The notes beneath the pieces were generated by a model. That model had not been told where the DNA came from. It did no database searches and saw only the letters and a program-made list of their open reading frames with translations. The position numbers were made by a program, and so were the translations under genes. Shown here piece after piece: positions 10,504 to 20,161 of a DNA stretch of 64,000 nucleotides. The stretch comes from Pseudomonadota bacterium (GTDB taxonomy: Bacteria; Pseudomonadota; Alphaproteobacteria; JACQOE01), in the NCBI GenBank assembly GCA_016202695.1, contig JACQOE010000055.1, positions 37,202 to 101,201 on the forward strand, in the 5' to 3' direction. Each line of letters begins with the position of its first letter. Position 1 is the stretch's first letter.

Positions 10504-11790
10504 TCATGGGTGCCGGAGCAGCAGCCTGGGCAGGACCAGGGTGAGGTCGGGCCAGAACGAGAGCACGGCGAGGGCCCCGACCAGCACCACCAGGAAGGGA
10601 AGCGAGGCGCGCACCAGCTCTCCGAACCGGACGCCGCTCACCGCCATCATGATGTAGAGCCCGATTCCCATCGGCGGGGTAATGATCCCGACCAGGAGGT
10701 TGAAAACGACGACCACCCCGAAGTGGACCGGATCGACGCCGACCATCTCCGCCGCCGGCATCAGCATCGGCACGGTGATGAGCAGCGCCGGCAGCGTCTC
10801 GATGAAGCACCCGATCACCAGCAGCAGGATGTTGGCAAGCAGGAGGAAGGTCAACGCGTCGTCGGTGAGCCACGAGATGAGCTCGGAGAGGGCGCGGGCC
10901 GAGCCCTCGGACACGAAGACGTGCGAGAGCGCCGAGGAGATGGCGATGATGTACAGGATCAGCGCCGTCGATTCGACCGTCTCGCGCAGAACCACCGCCA
11001 GCGCCCGCAGGGTCAGCGAGCGGTAGAGGAGGGCGAGCGCGACCGAGTAGACGACGGCGACGATCCCGGCCTCGGTCGGCGTGGTCAGCCCGCCGACGAT
11101 CCCGCCGAAGATGATCGCCGGGGCGACCAGCGCCGGGCATCCCCGCCAGGCCGCGCACATCAGGACGCGAAACGAGAACGGCACCGACGGCGGGCAGGCG
11201 AGCTGGCCGGTCGCCACCATGACCCGGATCTGCGCCATCAGCGTGAGCGCGATCAGGATCCCCGGCAAGAGCCCGGCGACGAACATCTCGGCGATCGAGA
11301 CGTTGGCGGTGATCGCGTAGATGATCATCATGATGCTGGGCGGGATGATCGGTCCGAGCGTCGAGGCGGAGACCGAGAGCGCGGCGCTGAAGGCGCGATC
11401 GTAGCCGGCATCCGACATCGCCTTGACCTGGATCGAGCCGAGGCCGGCGGCGTTCGCCACCGCGGCCCCCGAGATGCCCGAGAAGATGAGGTTGGAGAGC
11501 ACGTTGACGTAGGCGAGCCCGCCCCGGAACGAGCCGACCAGCGCCTGCGCGAAATCGAAGATGCGCTGGGTGATGCCGAAGGCGTTCATCAGGTTGGCGG
11601 CGAGGATGAAGAAGGGCACCGCCATCAGCGGGATGCTCTGGGTGCTCGCCGCCATCTGCTGGGGAATGGCGATGAGGTCGTAGCCGCCCGCAAGCATGCC
11701 AAGGATCGTGGCCAGCCCGATCGCGGCCGATACCGGCATGCCGATCATCATGAACAGGATGAAGAGGCCGATGAGGAGCACCGAGATCAT
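10504..11790 (-). CDS. dctM: TRAP transporter large permease
   Basis: 428-aa polytopic hydrophobic protein. ATGA-type overlap with the upstream small permease. Confidence 0.85.
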   Translation of the reverse strand: MISVLLIGLFILFMMIGMPVSAAIGLATILGMLAGGYDLIAIPQQMAASTQSIPLMAVPFFILAANLMNAFGITQRIFDFAQALVGSFRGGLAYVNVLSNLIFSGISGAAVANAAGLGSIQVKAMSDAGYDRAFSAALSVSASTLGPIIPPSIMMIIYAITANVSIAEMFVAGLLPGILIALTLMAQIRVMVATGQLACPPSVPFSFRVLMCAAWRGCPALVAPAIIFGGIVGGLTTPTEAGIVAVVYSVALALLYRSLTLRALAVVLRETVESTALILYIIAISSALSHVFVSEGSARALSELISWLTDDALTFLLLANILLLVIGCFIETLPALLITVPMLMPAAEMVGVDPVHFGVVVVFNLLVGIITPPMGIGLYIMMAVSGVRFGELVRASLPFLVVLVGALAVLSFWPDLTLVLPRLLLRHP

Positions 11791-12314
11791 GCGGCGCCTC
11801 CTCCGGTCCGGGGTTCGTCGGCGCCCGCGCCCCGGCGCGCGAACAGGTCGAGCGTGTGGCGGAGCGTCGACAGCGCCATGATCACCGCACCGAGCGCGAC
11901 GGGGAGCGTGAAAATCAGGTTGGGGTAGCCGACGCCCATCGTGCGATAGGGCGCCTGCTGCACGATGAGGCCCGAGCTGTAATAGAAGATCGCCGCGAAG
12001 ACCGCGATCACCACCGCGTTGAGCCCGGCTCGGTAGAGGCGCCGCGCGCGACCGCGGAAGAGGTCGGGAACGAGGTCGACGGTTATGTCGCGCTGGCGGT
12101 GGTAAACGAGGCAGATGCCGAGGAAGTAGATATAGTTGGCAAGCAGAAGGTTCGTCTCGTAAAGCCAGGTAAGGGAGACCCCGGCGAGGGCGCGAAGAAG
12201 GATCTCGTAGGCGTTGAGAGCGACAACGCCTACGAGAGCCAGGGAGGTTAAACCGGCCAGGACCCGGTCGGCCGCGGTGAGCGCGACCGCAAGGATGTGG
12301 CGCACGCGCACCAA
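11787..12314 (-). CDS. dctQ: TRAP transporter small permease
   Basis: 175-aa protein with 4 predicted TM segments, between the TRAP binding protein and the large permease. Confidence 0.75.
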   Translation of the reverse strand: MVRVRHILAVALTAADRVLAGLTSLALVGVVALNAYEILLRALAGVSLTWLYETNLLLANYIYFLGICLVYHRQRDITVDLVPDLFRGRARRLYRAGLNAVVIAVFAAIFYYSSGLIVQQAPYRTMGVGYPNLIFTLPVALGAVIMALSTLRHTLDLFARRGAGADEPRTGGGAA

Positions 12315-12362
12315 CGGCCCGCCCCGTCCACGCCCGATCGTGCCGACTCGACGGCCCGGCGC

Positions 12363-13364
12363 CTACTTCTTCGCCAGCCGGTTGACCGTGTCGAGGATCT
12401 CGGGCGTCAGCACCCCTTCGTCGGTGAGGGCCTTGTAGAGCGGCGCCATCTTGGCCCGGAACTCGTCGGTCTTGACGTCGATGAACTCGGCCTTGTTGGC
12501 CTGCTTCATGAAAGCGATGTCGTCATCGGCACGGCGGAAGGTCTCCTTGGCGTAGACCTTGCCCGCCTCGTTGGCGGACTCGACCAGGGCCTGCTGCTGG
12601 CCCGGGGGCAGGGTCTTCCAGACCTTCTCGCTCGCGGTCATCGGCCAGGTCTGCGGGTACTCCTTGATCTTGACCACGAAGGGCGCGACCTCGGTGAACT
12701 TCATCGAGCGCACCAGCGACAGGGGCGCCGTCACCGCCGAGACCGTTCCCTGGCGGATGGCGAGGTAGGTCTCGGTCCAGGCGATCTGGATCGGCACCGC
12801 CCCCAGCGTCTGCCACGAGCGGATCGCGATCTGGTTGGGGAACATGCGCATCCGCAGCCCCTCCAGGTCCTTCGCCGAACGCACCGCCTTCGCCGTCACC
12901 AGCACCCGGTAGGGCCCCCGGTCGGCGTTGAACTCGGTCGAGATGAACCGGATGCCCTTGTCGAGAAGGGTCTTCTTTGCCTCCTCGAACACCGGGCTCT
13001 TGAGGTAGGCCCGCAGGTGATCGTGATCCTGGAGGAAGAACGGCAGCGAGACCACGGTCATCGGCTTGGGCGCGAGCGCCTGATAGTACTCGAGCGCCCC
13101 CGAGTAGAGGTCGAGGGTGCCGTTCATCAGGTTCTCGAGCGAGGTCTGCGGGTTGCCGAGCTGATCCTGGAGGAAGATGCGGACCTCGATCTCGCCCTTG
13201 GTCTTCTCCTCGACCAGCTTCTTGAACTGGTTGAGGGCCACCTCCTCCGGGCTTCCGGGGGCGAGCGACTCGTTGAGCTTGAGAATGCGGGCCGCCGACG
13301 CCGGCATCGCCAGCGCCGCGGCAAGCACGGCCGCCAGGGCCGCGCGCAAGAGCAGGTGTTTCAT
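12363..13364 (-). CDS. dctP: TRAP transporter substrate-binding protein (DctP family)
   Basis: Start chosen at ATG 13364 (MKHLLLRAALAAVLAAALAMPASA signal peptide, GGAGG RBS 7 nt upstream). The upstream extension of the ORF is Arg-rich noise. Confidence 0.85.
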   Translation of the reverse strand: MKHLLLRAALAAVLAAALAMPASAARILKLNESLAPGSPEEVALNQFKKLVEEKTKGEIEVRIFLQDQLGNPQTSLENLMNGTLDLYSGALEYYQALAPKPMTVVSLPFFLQDHDHLRAYLKSPVFEEAKKTLLDKGIRFISTEFNADRGPYRVLVTAKAVRSAKDLEGLRMRMFPNQIAIRSWQTLGAVPIQIAWTETYLAIRQGTVSAVTAPLSLVRSMKFTEVAPFVVKIKEYPQTWPMTASEKVWKTLPPGQQQALVESANEAGKVYAKETFRRADDDIAFMKQANKAEFIDVKTDEFRAKMAPLYKALTDEGVLTPEILDTVNRLAKK

Positions 13365-13518
13365 GTCGAGCCTCCTTGTCTGATTCCGCTTCATCCGGGC
13401 GACCGGCCGGCGCCGCCGGCCCACGAGGCGCCGAGAGCCGGGACGGCACGCATCCGACATCGACCGACCGCTCGAATCTCCTTCGATCCTCTCCTTCCCG
13501 GCGTCGCCGCGGCCGGCC

Positions 13519-15105
13519 TCAGCCCGCGCCCGCGCGCCTCAGCACCGCGCCGGCGCGCCGGCCGGTCAGCGCCCCGTCGCGGAGCGTGACGACGCCGTTG
13601 ACAACGACGTGCCGCATGCCGCGACAGGGCAGGTTGGGCTCGAACGTCGTCGCCCGCTCGCCGAACGCCTCGGCGTCGAAGACGGCGAGGTCGGCGAAGG
13701 CGCCGGCGCGAATCTCGCCGCGGTCGGCGAGCCCGATCCGCCCGGCCGCGCGCGCGGTGAGCATGTGGATTCCCTCCTCGGGGGTGAAGGTGCGCGTCTC
13801 GCGCACCATCCGCCGGTAGAACCACGAGGCCCAGCTGTAGGCGCCGTGGAAGGTGGCGCCGGCAAGCGGCCCGTCCGGCGCCAGCGCGGTCGCGTCCGAG
13901 CCCACCGTGCAGGCGTCGCGGGTATAGGTGAGGCGCAGGAGCTCCTCGGTGTAGCAGTGCAGAATCACCATCGGCCGCTCGAGGTGATCGACCTCGCCGA
14001 GGAGGATGTCGTAGGCGGCCTCCAGCGGCTCCTTGCCCGTCATCGCCCCGATCTCGGCCAGGCTCCGGCGCGAGAACTGCGGATAGGCGGGGGTGTCGAG
14101 CAGCACCACCCGCGACCAGTCGCCGAGCGCGGAGATGAGGCTCCGGTGGGCCTTCATGCGCGCCCGGGTTTCCGGGTCGCCGAGGTGCCGGACCAGCGCC
14201 TCCCGCCCGCCCTGGTAGGCCCATCCCGGCAGCACCGCCTTGAGGTAGGTGGTGCCGAAGAGCCGGGTGTGCATGTCGAAGGCGGCGTCGAGCCCGCGCC
14301 GGCGCGCGGCCTCGACCGCCTCGATCGCCCGTTCGGTGTCCTCGCGGCCGCCGCGCGGGGTGATGTGCGAAACCTGCAGGCGCACCCCCGCCCGCTCGGC
14401 CGTGCGGACCGCCTCCTCGACCGCGGCCACCGCCCCCTCGTCGCGGTTGCGGGTATGGGTGGCATAGAGCCCGCCGACGGCGGCGACCACGCGGCAGAGC
14501 TCGGTCACCTCCTCCTCGCTCGCCCCCGTCTCGGTCGCGTATTCGAGCCCGGTCGAGTAGCCGAAGGCCCCCTGCTCGATCCCCTCGGCGAGCATCCGGC
14601 GCATCGCCTTAAGCTCGTCCGCGTCCGCCGGGCGCTGGGCGAGGCCGACGGTGGCGAGCCGGAGCTGACCGTTGGGGATCAAGACCGCGACGTTGACCGC
14701 CGGCCCTCGCCCCTCGAGCCGCCGGCAGTAGCCGTCGAGATCCCGCCAGTCCATCGCCACCTCGGGCCGAAAGCCGTAGATCACCTCGCGGGCAAGCCGC
14801 GGGTCGCGGATCGGCGCGCAGCCGTAGCCACAGTTGCCAATCACCTCCAGGGTCACCCCCTGGCTGATCGAGCTCACCGCCCGGGGATCGACGAGGAGCG
14901 TGAAGTCGGAATGGCTGTGGATGTCGATGAACCCGGGGGCGACGGTGAGCCCGCCCGCCTCGATCACCTCGGCCCCGGGCGGGGGATCGATCCGCCCGAC
15001 CCCGGCGATCCGCGCGCCCTCCACCAGCACGTCCGCCCGCAACCCGGGCCGTCCGGTGCCGTCGATCACCAGCCCGCCCCTGACGATGAGCCGGGTCGCG
15101 CTCAT
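13519..15105 (-). CDS. N-acyl-D-amino-acid deacylase (D-aminoacylase) family amidohydrolase
   Basis: 528 aa, GFIDIHSHSD metal motif and N-terminal beta-sandwich typical of the family. ATGA overlap with hyuB. Confidence 0.8.
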   Translation of the reverse strand: MSATRLIVRGGLVIDGTGRPGLRADVLVEGARIAGVGRIDPPPGAEVIEAGGLTVAPGFIDIHSHSDFTLLVDPRAVSSISQGVTLEVIGNCGYGCAPIRDPRLAREVIYGFRPEVAMDWRDLDGYCRRLEGRGPAVNVAVLIPNGQLRLATVGLAQRPADADELKAMRRMLAEGIEQGAFGYSTGLEYATETGASEEEVTELCRVVAAVGGLYATHTRNRDEGAVAAVEEAVRTAERAGVRLQVSHITPRGGREDTERAIEAVEAARRRGLDAAFDMHTRLFGTTYLKAVLPGWAYQGGREALVRHLGDPETRARMKAHRSLISALGDWSRVVLLDTPAYPQFSRRSLAEIGAMTGKEPLEAAYDILLGEVDHLERPMVILHCYTEELLRLTYTRDACTVGSDATALAPDGPLAGATFHGAYSWASWFYRRMVRETRTFTPEEGIHMLTARAAGRIGLADRGEIRAGAFADLAVFDAEAFGERATTFEPNLPCRGMRHVVVNGVVTLRDGALTGRRAGAVLRRAGAG

Positions 15106-16865
15106 GCCGCCCCCGCCCCGGCCCGGGCCGCGCGCAGCCGGTCGCGGCAGCGGCGGGTTTCGCCCTCGTCGAGGCTCCAGCCGCCGCCCGCGCCGGCGCG
15201 CAGGATAACGCCGTAGGTCTCGGCCGCGTGCGCCGGGCTGACCTTCTCGGCGATCACGTCGCCGAGCACCGCCGGGGGATCGCGTTCGAGCGGATCGCCG
15301 AAGCCGCCGCCCCCGGCCATGGTGTGGCGGAACAGGGCGCCCTTGCCGAGGATCAGGGGCGCGACCATCAGCACCGGCAGGGCGCGCTCGCCCGCTCCCG
15401 GATTGATGAGGTTCATCGAGGGTGCCCCGGCGGCGCCGCCGAACAGGCCGTGGGGCGGGAAGGCCCGCTTGTCCGACCGCACCGAGAGGAGAGTCTCGTC
15501 CTGCAGCACCCGGTATTCGCGGACGATGGAGAGCCCGCCGCGATGCTTCCCGGCGCCCCCCGAATCGGCGACGAACCCATAAAGCTCGATGCGGATCGGA
15601 TAACTCGCCTCGATCAGCTCGATGGGAACGTTCGACTGGTTGGCGCCGATGTGGGCCACTCCCTCCTGGCCGTCGTGGCCCGCCGAGCCGCCGGTATTGC
15701 CCATCAGCGTCTCGCTGAAGACGAAGGCTTTGCCGCCGCGCGTGCCGGCGAAGGTGGGAAGGGTCGAGCCGCCCGAGCCGTCGGCGGTGACCCTCTCGGG
15801 CGTGGCCTTGGCGAGCGCGCCCATCAGGCAGTCGATCATGCGAAAGCCGGTGATCCCCCGCGCCCCGCAGGCCGCCGGCGGCAGCGGCTTGACCACGGTG
15901 CCGTCCGGCGCCGTGACCGTGATCGGGCGGGTGAAGCCGTGGCAGTTGGGGATGTCGCTCGCCATCACCGCCCGGAGCGCCGCGTAGGCGGCGGCCTTGG
16001 TGAAGGGGAAGGGGGCGTTGATCCCGCCCTTGACCTGCGGCGAGGTGCCGGACCAGTCGACCGAGACCTCCTCGCCGCGAATATCGAGCTTGACCTTGAA
16101 GACGATCGGCTCGGGGGTTTCGCCGAGGCCGTCGATCTGGTCGGTGAACTCGTAGACGCCGTCGGGCATCTCGGCGATCTCGCGCCGCGCCAGGTCCTCG
16201 GCGTAGTCGTGCAGCTCCTCGATATAGAGCCGCATCGCCTCGGCGCCCTGGTGGCGGTGGAGCTCGACATACTCCCGCTCGCCCACGGTGGTGGCGACGA
16301 TCTGCGCCTCGAGGTCGCCGATCACCAGGTCGGGGGTGCGCACGTTCGCCTTGACGATCTCGAAGATGGCCGCATTCGGGCTTCCGCGCTCGTAGAGCTT
16401 GAGGAAGGGGAGGCGGAGCCCCTCCTGGAAGATCTCGCCGGCGCCGAGCGCGTTGCTCCCGGGGATTGTGCCGCCCACGTCGACGTGGTGGGCGACCGTG
16501 GTCGCCCAGCCCGAGAGCGCGCCGTCGATGAAGATCGGCCGGGCGACGTAGATGTCGGGAAGGTGCTGGCCGGCGGCGAGGTAGGGGTCGTTGCCGATGA
16601 ACACATCGCCCGGGAAGATGCGGCCCCGGTAATGGTCGAGCAGGAACCGCATGGCGTCGAAGAAGCTGCCGAGGTGGAGCGGGGTCGTCAGGCCCTGGGC
16701 CAGCGTCCGGCCCTCGCCGTCGCAGAGCGCGGTCGAGAAGTCCATGGCGTCGCGGACGATCGGCGAGTAGGCCGTGCGCATGAGGATGAGCGCCATCTCG
16801 TCGGCGATGGTGTCGAAGCCGTTCTTGATGACCTCGAGCCGGACCGGATCGGCCTCCCTCGCCAT
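15102..16865 (-). CDS. hyuB: Hydantoinase B/oxoprolinase family subunit (N-methylhydantoinase B-like)
   Basis: 587 aa; N-terminus DPVRLEVIKNGFDTIADEMALILMRTAYSPIVRDAMDFSTAL is diagnostic for HyuB. Confidence 0.85.
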   Translation of the reverse strand: MAREADPVRLEVIKNGFDTIADEMALILMRTAYSPIVRDAMDFSTALCDGEGRTLAQGLTTPLHLGSFFDAMRFLLDHYRGRIFPGDVFIGNDPYLAAGQHLPDIYVARPIFIDGALSGWATTVAHHVDVGGTIPGSNALGAGEIFQEGLRLPFLKLYERGSPNAAIFEIVKANVRTPDLVIGDLEAQIVATTVGEREYVELHRHQGAEAMRLYIEELHDYAEDLARREIAEMPDGVYEFTDQIDGLGETPEPIVFKVKLDIRGEEVSVDWSGTSPQVKGGINAPFPFTKAAAYAALRAVMASDIPNCHGFTRPITVTAPDGTVVKPLPPAACGARGITGFRMIDCLMGALAKATPERVTADGSGGSTLPTFAGTRGGKAFVFSETLMGNTGGSAGHDGQEGVAHIGANQSNVPIELIEASYPIRIELYGFVADSGGAGKHRGGLSIVREYRVLQDETLLSVRSDKRAFPPHGLFGGAAGAPSMNLINPGAGERALPVLMVAPLILGKGALFRHTMAGGGGFGDPLERDPPAVLGDVIAEKVSPAHAAETYGVILRAGAGGGWSLDEGETRRCRDRLRAARAGAGAA

Positions 16866-16880
16866 GCCGCGCCCCCTCCC

Positions 16881-19013
16881 TCAGCCCGACGTCCCGAGGT
16901 CGATCACGGCGTTGCCGAAGCCGTCGAGCGAGACCCGCGCGCCAGGCGGCACCAGCACGGTCCCCTCGTACTCCTCGATCACCAGGGGGCCTTCATGCCG
17001 GCCCCCGGCGAGCGCACCGCGCGAGACGATGGGCGTTTCGAGGTGCCCGAGTTCGGGCCCGAAGTATACCGACCGCGAGGCCGGGCGGGCGGCTCCGGCC
17101 GTCGCTCCGTAACGCAAGGCGGCGGGGCGCTCGCCGCCCCCCGCCCCGCGCGCGATCCCGGCCACCCGCACCGCCACCGTCTCGATCGCCTTGGCGTCGG
17201 GGAAGCGGTGGCCGTAGGTCCGCTCGTGCTCCCGCTCGAACAGCTCGGCGAGGCCGGCGGTTCCGTCGCGGGCGATGAGGCCCTCCGGCACCGCGACGGT
17301 GAGCTCGAAGGCCTGCCCGGCGTAACGCAGATCCATGGCCCGCTCGAAGGACACCTCGGCGCGCGGACGGGCGAGCTTGGCGAGCACCTGCTCCTCCAGC
17401 GGCGCGAAGGCGGCCTCGATCTCGGCCGGGGAAAGGGCGGAAAGGTGGCGCAGGAACGCCCGCGACTGGTCGAAGCGGACCTCGGCGACGAGGAGCCCGA
17501 TGGCGCTGAACACGCCGGCGCCGATCGGCACGATCACCCTCTGCATGCGCAGCGCCCGCGCCAGCTCCACGCCGTGGACGCCGCCGTTGCCGCCGAAGGC
17601 CAGCAGCACGAACTCGGCGGGATCGCGCCCGCGGTAGGTGGAGACGGCCTTGACCGCACGCATCATGTTGGCGTTGGCGATCACGTGCACCCCGTAGGCG
17701 GCCTCGAACAGGGTCTGGCCGAGCGGCGCCGCCACTCGCTCGGCGATCGTGCGCCGGGCCTTCTCGGCGTCGATCGCGACCGTGCCGCCGGCGAGCGCCC
17801 CGGGGTTGAGGTAGCCGAGCACGACGTTGGCGTCGGTCACCGTCGGCTCGCTGCCGCCCAGGCCGTAGCAGACCGGCCCGGGCACGGCCCCCGCGCTCCG
17901 CGGGCCGACCTTGATCTGGCCCGACTTGTCGAGCCAGACGATGCTGCCCCCGCCGGCGCCGACCTCGGAGATGTCGATCACCGGGGTCTTCAGCGCGTAG
18001 CCCGCGCCCTTGACCAGCCGGCTGCTCAAGGAGATGCCGCCGCCGACCTCGTACTCGTCGGTCTTGAGGAGCTGATGGTCCTCGATGATGGACGCCTTGG
18101 CGGTGGTGCCCCCCATGTCGAGCGTGATCAGGTTGGCGCAGCCGATCAGCCGCCCGAGATAGGCCGCCCCCATCACCCCCGCCGCCGGACCGCACTCGAC
18201 GATGTAGGCCGGCCGCTCCATCACCGTCGCCGAGTCCAGCATGCCGCCGCTCGACTGCATCACCAGCAGGCGGCCCCCGATCCCGGCGGCCGACATCGCC
18301 TCGACGAGCGAGCCGACATAGGCCGTCACCGGCGGCCCGACATAGGCATTGATCACGGTGGTGCTGGTCCGCTCGTACTCGCGGAACTCCGGCAGGATGT
18401 CGGTCGAGAGCGAGACGAAGACCCCGGGAAGCGCCCGGCGCAGCCGCTCGCCGACCAGGCGCTCGTGGGCCGGGTTGGCGTAAGAATGGAGGAAGCACAC
18501 CGCCACCGCCTCGACCCCGGCGCGCCCGACCCGCTCGACCACCGCGTCGACCTCCGCCGCCTCGACCGGCCGCACCACGCTACCGTCGGCGGCGATCCGC
18601 TCGGCGAGCTCGAAGCGCCGCTCGCGCGGGACCAGGGGCTCGGGCTTGACCCACAGGGGATCGTAGAGCCGGGGCACGCGGATGCGGCGCAGCTCGAGAA
18701 CGTCGCGGAATCCCTGGGTCGTGATCAGGGCGGTGGGCGCGCCCTTGCCTTCGAGGATGGCGTTGGTCGCGACCGTGCAGCCGTGCAGGACCGCGGACAC
18801 CTCGGCCGGGGAGGTGCGGAGCTCGGCGAGAAGATCGAGAATCCCCGTCACCACCGCCCGCGCGTAGTCGTCCGGGGTCGAGGGCAGCTTGCGGGTGGCG
18901 AGAACGCCCTCCTCGCTCAGGAAGGCGATATCGGTAAAGGTGCCGCCGATGTCAGCGGCGATCCGGTAGCGGCGGCGGTCCCTCGCCGCCGCCTCCTGCC
19001 CCTCCGCCATCAC
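16881..19013 (-). CDS. hyuA: Hydantoinase A/oxoprolinase family subunit (ATP-dependent, N-methylhydantoinase A-like)
   Basis: 710 aa with the ASKHA-type ATPase start YRIAADIGGTFTDIAF. First gene of the minus-strand array. Confidence 0.85.
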   Translation of the reverse strand: MMAEGQEAAARDRRRYRIAADIGGTFTDIAFLSEEGVLATRKLPSTPDDYARAVVTGILDLLAELRTSPAEVSAVLHGCTVATNAILEGKGAPTALITTQGFRDVLELRRIRVPRLYDPLWVKPEPLVPRERRFELAERIAADGSVVRPVEAAEVDAVVERVGRAGVEAVAVCFLHSYANPAHERLVGERLRRALPGVFVSLSTDILPEFREYERTSTTVINAYVGPPVTAYVGSLVEAMSAAGIGGRLLVMQSSGGMLDSATVMERPAYIVECGPAAGVMGAAYLGRLIGCANLITLDMGGTTAKASIIEDHQLLKTDEYEVGGGISLSSRLVKGAGYALKTPVIDISEVGAGGGSIVWLDKSGQIKVGPRSAGAVPGPVCYGLGGSEPTVTDANVVLGYLNPGALAGGTVAIDAEKARRTIAERVAAPLGQTLFEAAYGVHVIANANMMRAVKAVSTYRGRDPAEFVLLAFGGNGGVHGVELARALRMQRVIVPIGAGVFSAIGLLVAEVRFDQSRAFLRHLSALSPAEIEAAFAPLEEQVLAKLARPRAEVSFERAMDLRYAGQAFELTVAVPEGLIARDGTAGLAELFEREHERTYGHRFPDAKAIETVAVRVAGIARGAGGGERPAALRYGATAGAARPASRSVYFGPELGHLETPIVSRGALAGGRHEGPLVIEEYEGTVLVPPGARVSLDGFGNAVIDLGTSG

Positions 19014-19091
19014 GAGAATTCCTCAGCCGTGCGAGGGCGGGTGCCGTCTCCCGTCGTCTGCGGCGAAGATAGCCGGCCTCGATGATTTTGA

Positions 19092-19109
19092 ATAACTATA
19101 TTTTGTTAT
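19092..19109. promoter_or_regulatory. Interrupted dyad ATAAC-N8-GTTAT in the AT-rich hyuA/lysR divergent promoter; LTTR-type operator candidate
   Basis: Perfect 5-bp arms read directly. Lies 59-76 bp upstream of the lysR ATG and 79-96 bp upstream of the hyuA ATG, in the only AT-rich stretch of this intergenic region. A weaker ATAA-N7-TTAT lies at about 19118..19132. Confidence 0.4.
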
Positions 19110-19167
19110 CGGTTTCGATAATGTAACTTTATGAATCGCGGTAGGGCCGGCGCGAGGCGAGGGGCTC

Positions 19168-20085
19168 ATGGAAAGCCTGAACCTGAGGTGGATCGAGACC
19201 TTCTACTGGATCGTGCGGCTGGGAAGCTTCCACGCCGCCGCCCGGCACCTGAACGCGACCCAGCCGGGGGTCTCGGCCCGCATCCGCGAGCTCGAGCGGG
19301 CGCTCGGCGTCCCGCTGTTCGACCGATCTTCGCGCAGCGCCCGCCTCACCATGAAGGGCCGGGAACTGCTCAAGTACGCGCAGCGGGTTCTGGCGATCGC
19401 CGCCGACATCCGCGAGAACGTCGGCCAGGGCGGGGCGCTCAGCGGCCTGGTGCGCCTGGGGGCGGCCGACACCATCGCCCTCACCTGGCTTCCCACCCTG
19501 CTCGCCCGCCTCAAGCGGGAGCATCCCTCGCTGGTGGTGGACCTCGAGGTCGACCTCACGGTCAATCTCACCCGCGGCCTACAGCAGGGGCAGATCGACC
19601 TCGCCTTCATGGTCGGCCCGGTGCCCGACCCGAACCTGGTGAGCGAACCGCTCGGCAACGTGCGGCTCGCCTGGATGGCGAGCCCCCGGCTCGGGCTCCC
19701 GCCCGATCCGGTGCCGCCCGGGGTTCTCGCCACCTTCCCGATCATCAGCCACACGCGGGGCTCGCACCAGTACGCGATGATCCAGCGCTGGTTCCAGCGC
19801 CACGGCTGCGAGCCGCTCAGGATCAGCGGCTGCAGCAGCCTCGCCACCATCATCCGGCTGTCGGTCGAGGGGGTGGGGATCGGCCTCCTCGCCCCGGCCA
19901 CGCTGGGGGGCGAGGTCGCGGGCGGCGCGCTCCGGGCGGTGACGACGAGCGACGATCTCCCGACCAACGACTTCGTCGCCGCCTATCCGCTCAACACCCT
20001 GGAGCCCTCGGCGAAGGTGATCTCCCGGCTCGCCGCCGAGGTGGCCGCGACCGACCCCGCCTTCGAGCGGCCGTGGGCGCCCTGA
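19168..20085 (+). CDS. LysR-family transcriptional regulator
   Basis: 305 aa. N-terminal wHTH (LRWIETFYWIVRLGSFHAAARHLNATQPGVSARIRELE) plus a periplasmic-binding-like effector domain. Divergent from hyuA. Confidence 0.9.
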   Translation: MESLNLRWIETFYWIVRLGSFHAAARHLNATQPGVSARIRELERALGVPLFDRSSRSARLTMKGRELLKYAQRVLAIAADIRENVGQGGALSGLVRLGAADTIALTWLPTLLARLKREHPSLVVDLEVDLTVNLTRGLQQGQIDLAFMVGPVPDPNLVSEPLGNVRLAWMASPRLGLPPDPVPPGVLATFPIISHTRGSHQYAMIQRWFQRHGCEPLRISGCSSLATIIRLSVEGVGIGLLAPATLGGEVAGGALRAVTTSDDLPTNDFVAAYPLNTLEPSAKVISRLAAEVAATDPAFERPWAP

Positions 20086-20161
20086 GAGCCCGGCCGGCTT
20101 GACGCGGGTCGCGGTTGTCGCCGACCATCGCCGCCGCCCCGCATCCGCGACCGGAGGAGAC

